A DNA stretch of 64,000 nucleotides from Octopus vulgaris (taxonomy: Eukaryota). The notes beneath the pieces are model-generated. The model ran no database searches and was not told the DNA's origin. It saw only the letters and a list, made by a program, of their open reading frames with translations. Location of the stretch: assembly GCA_951406725.2 (NCBI GenBank), contig OX597823.1, positions 66,836,001 to 66,900,000 on the forward strand, written 5' to 3'. Below are positions 1-10,800 of this stretch, in pieces. The first letter of the stretch is position 1. Each line of letters opens with the position of its first letter. The translations under genes were made by a program, and so were the position numbers.

Positions 1-869
1 ATAACAGTTAACGCGTTTTAAAAGCGATATTACGAATACACCTAATTGTTGACAATCTTGAGATGCAAAACATCTCCCGAAAAATCTGATAAAAATTGAT
101 GTGTTAAATACGTAAGCCTCCTGGATTGGATGGAAAATCAGATATAATTAGATTAGATCAGAATTTCAATTTTATACATTACTAGGTTACTTATTCGCTA
201 AAAAAGGAAAAAAGAAAATGTTAATACCACTGAATTTCGCTTTCCGTTGCATATTCAGCAAAGGCCAATAACAGTAATTCGGTTTTGATACAAAGAAAAC
301 ATAAGGTATTATAAATAATGACACGGAAGTACACATATTTATGAATAAAACAATAAAATAAGTGACACGCTGACGTATACACACACACATACACACGCAC
401 ACGCACACATACCATATATACTGTAAGCTAAATAAAATAATAAAACAAGTGGCATACGTACATACACACAAACACACACCATATATATATGATTGTAAAT
501 AACGAAAGAAATATAAGATGACAGGGTTTCGTATTGCAAAATAAATTTTATCATAGTATATTTGTCACGTTATTTATAATTTGATACACTCCTTATGCTT
601 TTCGTTTATCGTACTATGTATTCTATATGCTTTCTAGAATGCTATATTAAGGAACATTTTCTATGAGTAACCCCAGATTAGATGAATCCATATATGATTT
701 GTTTATAGTGATCAATGTATGTGCTGTACATTAGCTCACTCTATTCATCAAATCATACAGTTGCACAAGTGTGCTATACATCAGATGAGGAAATGATCGC
801 AGAGCGACGTGAAATGAAGTGTTTTGCCTCACAACCACAATGCACCTTCACATTATATATATATATATA

Positions 870-1751
870 TCGAACCATCCACCAGTTATCCTTAGCAACT
901 TAGTCAGCAATGTAGGTAGAAGAATATCTTCAATTTCTTCGGACGAGGCAGCATTCCATAATGCTGCACCTTATTACGATAGCGCATTAAAGAATAGTGG
1001 ATTCTCGGAGAAGATCCAGTTCAACCAGCTTAATGCTAATAATAATGCTGCACGAAGAACTAGGACCAGGAAAGTTTTGTGGTTCAACCCGGCTTTCAAT
1101 TTGGCCGTAAAGACTAATATAGGTAAGGAATTTTTGAGATTAGTCTCTAAGCATTTTAAGCAGGGTCATAAATTCTACAGAATATTTAATAGAAAAACCC
1201 TGAAGGTTAGCTATTCTTGTTGCAGAAATTTCGCCTCTTACATTAGCCAACATAATAGGAAGCTAATTGAGATTAGACATGGTGCCGAGCCCATTAAGAA
1301 ATGTAATTTCAAAACGAAAGCTCCTGTCCGTTAGAAGGAAATGTCTAGTGAAAGGAGTAGTTTATAGAGCCAAGGTGCAAGTGGAAGGCATCATCGGAAT
1401 ACAAGACATACACAGGGGCTTCAGAAAATTCATTTAAAACAAGATTTTATTCTCATAAGAATTCTTTTAAATACCCAGAGAATAGGAAGAAAACCAGCCT
1501 AGCAAAATATGTCTGGGAACTAAAAGAAAGAAGCCCCACCTTTCAACGTGACATGGAGCATTCTGGACAGGGCGGCACCATACAGGCATGGAGCTTACAA
1601 ATATAATTTCAAGTGCAGACTTTGCCTATTAGAAACAATGCACATCTTATTCAAAGACAATAATTCTTTGAATCAAAGAAGTGAGTTAATGAACTTATGT
1701 AGGCACGCGGCTAAATTTAAAATGTCGAATATAAATATACCATATGGATAG
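870..1751 (+). pseudogene. PLE ORF remnant: RT thumb/linker + GIY-YIG endonuclease, about 4 frameshifts
   Basis: SNHPP..RRIS..SSDE..F...APYY..AL..SG, WFNP.FN..VKTNIGK.FL.LV.KHF, KVSYSC. Across frameshifts: C-N-F-x5-CPLEG-CLVKGVVY ... YTGASENSFKTRFYSH..SF ... TSLAKYVWELK ... WSIL ... CRLCLLE ... LNQRSELMNLCRH. Confidence 0.9.
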
Positions 1752-2752
1752 AGTATATATTTTATATTTTTGATTTTTGATTTTGATTTTGACTCTTGAG
1801 CGCTACGACGGATTTATAGCAAAGTCTTATGTTTCTACATATATATTAGGAAAAACCTACAAACTTTGTTTTCATGTTATTGTATTGCATAGGATTACCT
1901 GATTATTTATATTACCTTGATTATTTATAAATGACCCAAAATAGGATGTTATATTATATTTTATATGTCATTCGTATATATTTTTATTAATGCACCCATT
2001 TTTTAAAAGCAATGTTTTTTAAAAAGAAGCAATGTTGTCAAAATTAGAATGTTTATATAAGTATGTGTATAGCAAAGCATATGTATTTGTAAGCATGCGT
2101 ATCTGTGTATGTGTAAGTGAAAGTATGCTTGTGCTTAAGCACACATATACACGACGGTATGTATATGTATCAATTCAAACTTGTGTATGTATACTGGTCT
2201 CTATAGATGCCAATAACATCGTTACAAGTTTTTTCCCCACCCCTCCTTCGTTCCTTTTTCTCTCTTTCCCTTTCTTTCGTTCCCCCTCCTTGCTCAGTAT
2301 ATGAGAATTGCTACATAGATGAATTTTAGCTTGCGTGCGAGACGGTTTGCGTGAATATATGTACACATGCTTTTATGTGTATATTTAGATTCATATTCAT
2401 ACGTCTGTATATGTATGTATGGCGTTTACGCGCATCCTTTTGTGTATGTTGATATATATATGTAGATTTTAATATAAATATGTATTGCAGTATTTATAAC
2501 AGGTTTAATTTCTATGCATTAATTTGTACTGTCTTCATTAACGGGAATAGGTTTTTTCCTCGGTTTTTTCCTCGGATTTTATAATTTTTATAAGTTTTTT
2601 TATATATATATACATATATTTTTGACCTTTTTGTTTATCGCTCGAAGATTGACCGTTTTTTCTAAAGGGCCAATCAAACAAGTCCATTTCTTTTTAAAGG
2701 TGTAGCGTTTGTAAGAGTATAGATTGAATTAATATATAAGTTCCATTCTAGC

Positions 2753-2800
2753 AAAAACTGTCTGATGAACGGCAACGAGAAACTCAGAGTAACAGATTTT
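2753..2800 (+). ncRNA. Minimal type I hammerhead ribozyme motif (HHR1)
   Basis: ctgt-CTGATGA-a-cg(GCAA)cg-a-GAAA-ctc(a)gag-TA-acag. Stem I ctgt/acag extended by aaaa/tttt. Predicted cleavage after GUA at 2791. Confidence 0.85.
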
Positions 2801-2827
2801 GTTGAATTTTCTGCTGCTTAAAATAAA

Positions 2828-2871
<44 letters not shown>

Positions 2872-2901
2872 GTATGTATCTTTGTATGTATGTATATATG
2901 T

Positions 2902-3134
2902 ATATTAATAGTTATCGCCATACTTATATGGCAGTCTATAAATATAAGACTAAAGCTGTTGCTGATTAGCTCCAAGAGGCCATCGCCTCTAGCTAGCTAT
3001 ATGACACACGAACCTGCGTCCATTACAGCCTTCATATAGCTAGGTAGAGGCGATGGCCTCTTGGAACTAATCCGCGACAGCTTTAGTCTTATATTTATAG
3101 ACTGCCACATTAGTATGGAGATAACTATTAATAT
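2902..3134. repeat. Long inverted repeat (103-bp arms, 27-nt loop) between TA/TATG arrays
   Basis: 2902-3004 is the reverse complement of 3032-3134 with about 7 mismatches by eye. Confidence 0.95.
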
Positions 3135-3227
3135 CCAATAACGCTGCCGTAATCTCCTTTAGAGAGACTTAGTAATTTTAATATTTCTATTATATATATG
3201 TATCTTTGTATGTATGTATCTTTGTAT

Positions 3228-3290
<63 letters not shown>

Positions 3291-3292
3291 TG

Positions 3293-3346
<54 letters not shown>

Positions 3347-3582
3347 ATAAATCTTTTTTTTCTCACTAGACCGCTGGTAGCGGATAATTTTTTCTAGAAT
3401 TGTTTTTTTTTGCTACCCTTATATTTATTAATTAATGATTTTTTAGCTAATTTTGAAATTAAATCAGCAGTTTATTATTGCTGCTGAGAAAACCGCGCGG
3501 TGGCGGTGGATTTTGAAAATCTAGAGCATATAGGCTTGAGGCTTCCTTGCTGTCGCCTCGTGGACATATTCTCGTCCTTGGC

Positions 3583-3678
3583 TTCTCTGCTGATAAGACA
3601 CGCCATTTGTAAGCAAATTTAATTTAATTTAATTAATTTGTTTACCAAAGTTTGTCGAAACTATGCATAGTCCAGAAA
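3583..3678 (+). ncRNA. Type I hammerhead motif with G8A core substitution and long stem II (HHR2)
   Basis: ttctctg-CTGATAA-gaca...tgtc-GAAA-ctatgcatag-TC-cagaaa. Stem III is the palindrome actatgcatagt; GUC site ends at 3672. Confidence 0.75.
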
Positions 3679-3801
3679 TGAAAAGGGTAAATGATTTTAT
3701 TTCTCTTCCAATTTCATAATTACAACTGTTTAGCGGTTTGAGTTTGGCTGCTCTTTCTAGTGAGTCGAATGGCCTATGAGGGCCATTCCTTATATTGTTG
3801 A

Positions 3802-3846
<45 letters not shown>

Positions 3847-3933
3847 TATTAGAGATAAAACCACTATTTTGCAAAACAAACAAGGAAAGACTTAATCAAT
3901 ACATAAAATTTTAATAAATAGTCAAAAACACCG

Positions 3934-3976
3934 CCACTACAATCGTTTCTTGTCTTAATCGACAATCTTCAGGTGG
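3934..3976 (-). ncRNA. Minimal type I hammerhead ribozyme motif, intact core (HHR3)
   Basis: Minus strand: ccac-CTGAAGA-ttgtc(gattaa)gacaa-GAAA-cgattg-TA-gtgg. Confidence 0.9.
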
Positions 3977-4586
3977 ACTTCAATCTAAAATATCAATATT
4001 TTAAAATATACAAATAATAATTTTAAAATAATTAAAGTATGAATGAAAAAATATAAATATATAATCCATATATAACCTATATATAATCCATATATAATCA
4101 ATATATAAACAATATATAAACTAAAATAAACCTATCAACAATTAAATATAAAATATAAAATATAAAATATAAAATATAAAACAAAAAAAAAAAAAATAAT
4201 AATATAATAATAAACTATATATACACCCATACACATATACCTAATTATATATAACCATATCTAACTACATACACTAAACCACACACCTATATATATATCC
4301 CTATACATACACATAAAAACGTCTAGGCAACGATAAATAAATAAAATAGCTAAATACTTCAACACAATACTTATTCATACTCCCACACACACACACATAC
4401 AACCCACATTCACGCTCTAGAAAACGGACATCACTCAAAATTATGAACGGAGAAATGGAATAAATGGAATTAAAAATTATATTCACTTGGTAAAACGAAC
4501 ACTACTTAAAAATTATGAATGAAACAATGCAATAAAACAACAGACATCGCAAATATACACAAATTACTACGAATTCCTTAACAAAC

Positions 4587-5058
4587 CTACCATGATAAAC
4601 CAAAACTCACAAAAACATATAATGATAAAATCTCCCTTTACTAAACTCTATAACATACCTATATAGCAATCCCCCTAACCTAAACATTCACACACAAATA
4701 CACACACGTAAACCACACACCCACGACATATACAAATACCCACACCACTTACACATACCAATACATACATATAAACCTCAACATATACTCCAAAAACCCA
4801 CTCAACCCCACACAGACAAATAAACACAAAAATTATGAATGGATTCTTTTATAAAACTACCATGATAAGCTAAAACTCACAAAACAGAAATGATAAAACC
4901 TCCCTTTACTAAACACTATAACATACTTATATAGCAATCCCTTTAACCTATACATTCACACACAAAAACACACATGTAAACCACACACCAATACCAAATA
5001 CAAACACCCACCCCACTCACACACACCCACAAGTACATATAAGCCTCAACATATACAC
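4587..5058. repeat. Diverged tandem duplication, period ~270 bp
   Basis: ctaccatgataa..aaaactcacaaaa..atgataaaa..ccctttactaaac..tataacatac..tatatagcaatccc..aacct..acattcacacacaaa..cctcaacatatac occurs at ~4587-4790 and ~4857-5058. Confidence 0.9.
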
Positions 5059-5621
5059 GAACAAAATTACTTTACCAAGGAACTTAACATATGTAGTGGG
5101 GGCACCTATTTAACTATGGTAATATGAATGTGTGTCTTTGTGGTAATCTCTCCAGCTATCTCCCATGCATGTTCAGCGTTATATTTAGTTATTATAAAAA
5201 CAATTTCATATTTATGAGAGGAGTTACTGTATACTACTACTGAGTACAAGGGAAGCAAGCATGTTGTTTTTGGTGACTTGTAAGTTTGGGTCAGTTGTGC
5301 CCGCATCGGTCTGTGAAGCATTAAAGTAAATGTTTGCTATATATAGTCTCTGTTGGTTTAAAGTTCTTGTGTGTGTGGGTTTGAGTGAGTTGGCTTTATA
5401 TGGAGAGGTATTTTGGAGTAATGCCGATTGATTAAATTTTGGCTTATTCTATTATTTAGAATTTATTCATGTATCCAGTGATTTGTAAACAAGTGTGTAA
5501 TTTTAGGTGTGACCTTTTGTTTGCTAGGCACTGCATTTTTTCGTAGCTCAGTTATTTTTAGTTTCATTGAATTTTATCTTTTGTTTTGACAATTTAAAGT
5601 GCAAAATTCCAGAAAATTTCG

Positions 5622-5670
<49 letters not shown>

Positions 5671-5671
5671 A

Positions 5672-5724
<53 letters not shown>

Positions 5725-5732
5725 ATGTGTGT

Positions 5733-5770
<38 letters not shown>

Positions 5771-5836
5771 TACATATATATATATGTATATATGTATATA
5801 TATATATGTATATATATATGTATATATATATATATT

Positions 5837-5871
<35 letters not shown>
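5622..5871. repeat. Compound (TA)n/(TG)n microsatellite
   Basis: Direct reading. Confidence 0.95.
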
Positions 5872-5874
<3 letters not shown>

Positions 5875-6878
5875 TTGGGTTTAGACTGTATGTCCCGATT
5901 AAGAAATGTAACTGACAAGAGTTTAATTCGTAGTTACTTAAGCTTGACTAAACTATCTGGCATAGGTTTTATGTCTCTCTTTTGTATATCCTTCTATTGA
6001 AAAATGATGAAAAAGAATTATATTTACGGATCAGAGTATTCTTTCCAGTCACTGTTTAGAAATTACAAAATTACAAATATATGAGCATGTGTGAATAAAA
6101 GTATTGCTGACTATAAAACCTCAACGTGTCACTCGTTTTCTGCAGACACTGGTTCACAGTCTTAGATTATGTATTAGTATAGTGTAGATTGACGAAACTC
6201 CTGAATGTCTCTGTACAGGTAGGTATGAACAGTCTATAAAGTGTTTTACTAAGTTAGCATTAAGTACTAAAATACTTGCTTAAAATGTTAATACGACGAA
6301 TAGAGTACTAAGGATTTCTACCACGAGGAAGAACCCTTACGTTTCTGAGAGGGTCTTATATTGGAGAAGTACGAATTTGTTACGTGGTATGATGGTGTTT
6401 TATTATTTTCATGGTGCCCATGCTAGTTAAACGAAATTAAATATTTGGTAGAAACAACTACACAGGTCTTTGAGACAGGGATGTTTCTGGTGAATTTTTA
6501 AGTATTCTAAGTATTTCTGAAGCACTTTTTCAAGCTAAATCCAGATATGGCATTTGAGTTCACCAATCACGGCAGGAACTTTCTATACACACTACTTTGA
6601 TTTTTCACAAAAATGTAGTTTCTTTCATTATTATATCCTGACTTCATTTCGGACCACCAAGTGACTGTTCTAAAGATGCTTCGTTATTACCATTCTTTTG
6701 CATAAGGTATAGTAAATGCATGAATAATAACTGATTTTTTGCATTGTTTAAGATTTCGTCCAGTTTGTATGGCTACGACAAAGAAAATAGAAAAGGAGGT
6801 CTAGAGTTGTTCTGTTCTATTGATACAGATACTTAAACACAACTAAATCTGCAAATTATATGCATAGATTAGATTAAT

Positions 6879-7102
6879 TACTCTTTACTCTTTTACTTGT
6901 TTCAGTCATTTGACTGCGGCCATGCTGGAGCACCGCCTTTAGTCAAGGAAATCGACCCCAGGACTTATTTTTTTGGAAGCCTAGTGCTTATTCTATCGGT
7001 CTCTTTTGCCGAACCGCTAACTTACGGGGACGTAAACACACTACCATCGGTTGTCAAGCGATGCTGGGGGACAACCACAGACACGCAAACATATACACAT
7101 AC

Positions 7103-7150
<48 letters not shown>

Positions 7151-7164
7151 GTATATGTATATAT

Positions 7165-7226
<62 letters not shown>

Positions 7227-7435
7227 GTATATGTTTATATATATATATATTTATATATATATATATATACACGACGGGCTTCTTTCAGTTTCCGTCTACC
7301 AAATCCACTCACAAGGCTTTGGTCGGCCCGCGACTATAGTAGAAGACATTTGCCCAAGGTGCCACGCAATGGGAATGAACCCGGAGCCATGTGGTTGTTA
7401 AGCAAGCTACTTACCACACAGCCACTGCTGCGCCT
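6879..7435 (-). mobile_element. tRNA-derived SINE family A (CORE-like segment, internal TA/TATG microsatellite), full length
   Basis: Minus-strand head aggcgcagcagTGGCTGTGTGG (A box)...GGTTCattcc (B box)...gtggcaccttgggcaaatgtc. Tail ...actgaaacaagtaaaagagtaaagag. Possible TSD tagatta. Near-identical copies at 26.6, 31.7 and 33.0 kb. Confidence 0.9.
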
Positions 7436-7661
7436 AGATTACTTGGTATAGACACCTTGTTTATCACAAAAACGTAGTTGTGTGTCATTTCAGTTGTACC
7501 AATTACAAATAGGATGAGAGATATATCCCTCATGTAACATCAGCTTCGTAATTTTTAAGTCGGATCAATGAATTCTGTTGGTTTCCAGCTCATCTGTATA
7601 TAACTGTGTTTATGTGGTCTATATGTATGTGTATGTCTGTTCCCATATATGTATATGTATG

Positions 7662-7708
<47 letters not shown>

Positions 7709-7796
7709 TATACATATATGTATGTTTTAATATGTGCCTAGGCATGCTTATATATTATATATGCATACATAGGTATGTATACACACACACACACAC

Positions 7797-7864
<68 letters not shown>

Positions 7865-10800
7865 CTTATAATATGTAATGTGCATATGTGTAGAGGTTGC
7901 AGTTGTGCATGCTTCTATAATAAAAACGATACATGTATTAGCATGTTTAACGAAATAAACACATGAAGAGCGTAACGAGAAGATGAATAGTTCACTCAGA
8001 ATAGATTCATTACTCTAATTATATTTCATTTCTGTGGATCCAGGTTTGAAAGCCTCTTGAGTTTTCTTCATATTTTAATCATATTAAATGTGTATAAAGG
8101 AACCAATAATAAACTTGCAGAGAAACATTTAACGTCGCCTTTTCCTTTCACAATTTACGCATGTAACTATATAATAGATCTTCTTTAATGAAAAATGTGC
8201 CTCAAACGAATTATATACGAATTAATGATTTTAAAATTATTTTCTTTAAAGAGATTATAACGTAAAATAAATATTAACCAGATTTTATGAATGCGAACAG
8301 GAATTACAACTGGTTTTAAATAAGAAAACTAAGTAGAAAAAAAAACAAAATAAAACTTTTTATCGGGCATTATTTCTTTTGATTGAGTGGATAAATGAAA
8401 AATATATTATGATAATAGTAAAAGAAGGGAATGCTGCCTATAACTGATTTTCTTTTCTTTCTTTATATATATATATTTAGCGAACATCCGAAACTATAAA
8501 CGATAAATCAATAGTTGTGAGATAAAACCTGCATTAATTTCATTACAATGAAATCACAATGGGATATTGAATCACGTTTCTTACTCTGCTCGGATTGAAT
8601 AGAAAAATTACGTTAGTGGGTAGAATACGTAAAATAGCATAGATTCATCTGAGTGCAGTGTGAAAGCAATACTGCCTGAACGACAGAAATTTGTTTAAAA
8701 TCGCTGAATGCATTGCTGCTCGTGTATGCCATGTTTTATTAGGTATTTAATAATTAATACATTGTTGTTTTATGATGTATATCTTTTAATTAATCTGTTA
8801 AATTCTCGCAGGAATGTATTTCTAAAGTAAAGCCTCAATCGCTTAATGTTCGTTATCTCCAGAAGCCTAATTCAATTGCATAATCATATCCCCCGCATTG
8901 AAATGGTAGCTGAATTAAATACGGAAAAATTACATCAGCATAGGGTTGAGTAATATGACACAGCAAACATGTAAGATTGAAACATAGATAGATTAATAGA
9001 GAGAGACAGACAGACAGACAGGCAGACAGACAGACGGACGGACAGACAGACATTCATACAAATAAACAAACATACATACATATATACACATAAAAGCGTA
9101 ATCGTACGTTATTGTAATTCGTTATAGCTTTCCAATTACAATACCAAAATTGACAAGAGATATTCAAGCACTGGGCCTATGAGAAATTGTGAGAGCCTCT
9201 AGAAATCTGTCCTAAATTTTTCTTAGAATAAGGGTAACCATAAATTCAATAGTTCATTGAAAATGGTGTATTTCGCACTGATATGATGTAATTACGCTAT
9301 GTTTCGATTGTCCGTGATTTGTGTGTTGAAAACTTAACTGCTTCTGAGTTAATGTTACTAAAAGCGGTTTTTTTCCCTCTTCGTTTCTTCGCAATTTCAA
9401 ACCTATCGACTTCGCGTATGATAAGATTCTTGTTTTGGACTTCTGTGAATCAGTTAAGCAGACTTATTAAGGCTTTAGTCTAACATAGACATGTTTATTC
9501 CAGAATGTTTTGGTTTTGCTTTTTGGAATTGAACAGGTTGTTTAAGAAATAACTTTACAGATATTCGTAACCTACCGATTCCATTACTTTGCTTATGATG
9601 CCAGACAAATTAATGGATCAGATCTATACTCTCTCTCTCATTCGTCATATGTTGGGATTGTAGAAGTGATCTTCCATTAGTTAGCAAATTACCCACAAGT
9701 CAAATAACCGCCAAAGTGGTTCGGCTAATCCCACACCACATTCTATCATGACGCTAACAGTAACTTTAACATATCAACATATCTTCATGGATGATTTCGT
9801 CGAAAATCAAGCTCTAGAGGCTTTTACTAGAAACTGATCGACAAGTTATACTTGATAATAAACATTTGAAACAGATTGCTTTTTTGTAAAGTTCTGGAGA
9901 AATATTTTGCTGCTGTGTTTTGATGCATAATATTCAAAGATGTGGGCTTAACTTGTAGAGAAAGCGCATGACGATAGAACAGTGACAGAAGGAAACATTT
10001 TATTATATTCCATAGTTTGTCGCTGCTTATTTTACAGCTACTTACATCTTAGCATTATACTTTCGTGTTGCCATAGTTAGACTGGTTGTAACTATTTCTT
10101 GTTTTCTGAAATTCCATTTCATCTTTTATTGTATTGCTTATTGTTTACTTTTAATTGACAAAAGAAGTCGTCTTCTTTCTTGGAATTTCTTTCATAATAG
10201 TCATGAAATCGAGCTTTGTCACCGGGCTACTTTCCGATGTCTTTGCTCAGGTTGAAGCCGCCAAAGACTTTCCAGTCATTATACTTTGCACCAGTATTTC
10301 CTCGACATACCTTTCTTTCAAAACGGATGTCTAGCACAGTTATAAAATTATGTCGCATGTATCGCATTTTGCGCTTTTGTAGTGTCAATCATTTCCTTTA
10401 TATGGCTTTCACAAGAACAAAAGCTTTTTCTTGTTTGTTCTATCCTAGTGAAGCACTTGTAAAGTAAGCACTGGTTGTGATATGCCTATTGTTCGTTTTT
10501 GTTCTACTTCTCTTCAGCAGCGTATTTTAAACAGTGTAGTAATATCAAAAGTAATTATTGCTATTAGATAAAGAATTCAAGGCGTAAACTCGCTAAGGAT
10601 TTGTTTAATTCATATTTTCCATTATTCATTTTAATATGATGTGTATTTCGGTCTACTGATCGCATCAAATTAATGAAAAGAAAACATGAAAAAGGGACAA
10701 ATATATTTATGAAATACATTTCTAAAGCATTTTCCAGAAATGAATGAAATACAGAAAACGGGGTCGGTTATTTATTCCCTCTACACGGAGTTTAATATGC

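Larger units (their letters stand above)
870..2830 (+). mobile_element. 5'-truncated Penelope-like retroelement (C-terminal GIY-YIG type) with ~1 kb T/G-rich 3' UTR and terminal hammerhead, between (TA)n tracts
   Basis: Starts directly after (TA)n at ~855-870. Coding remnant 870-1751, T/G-rich UTR to ~2755, hammerhead 2758-2795, ~35-nt tail, then (TA)n from 2829. Confidence 0.9.
3841..5090 (-). mobile_element. 3' end (UTR + hammerhead + tail) of a second PLE family
   Basis: Mirror architecture of the first PLE: A/C-rich on plus (T/G-rich on minus), HHR3, ~90-nt tail, then (TA)n at 3804-3840. Confidence 0.6.

Noticed and set aside
5908-5938. gtaaCTGACAAgagtttaattcgtagttac hammerhead-like remnant
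   Set aside because: GAAA and stem III are absent and the core is mutated; unsupported without paralogs.
6145-6218. Possible exon with good AG/GT sites
   Set aside because: Stop codons in all three frames; no other support.
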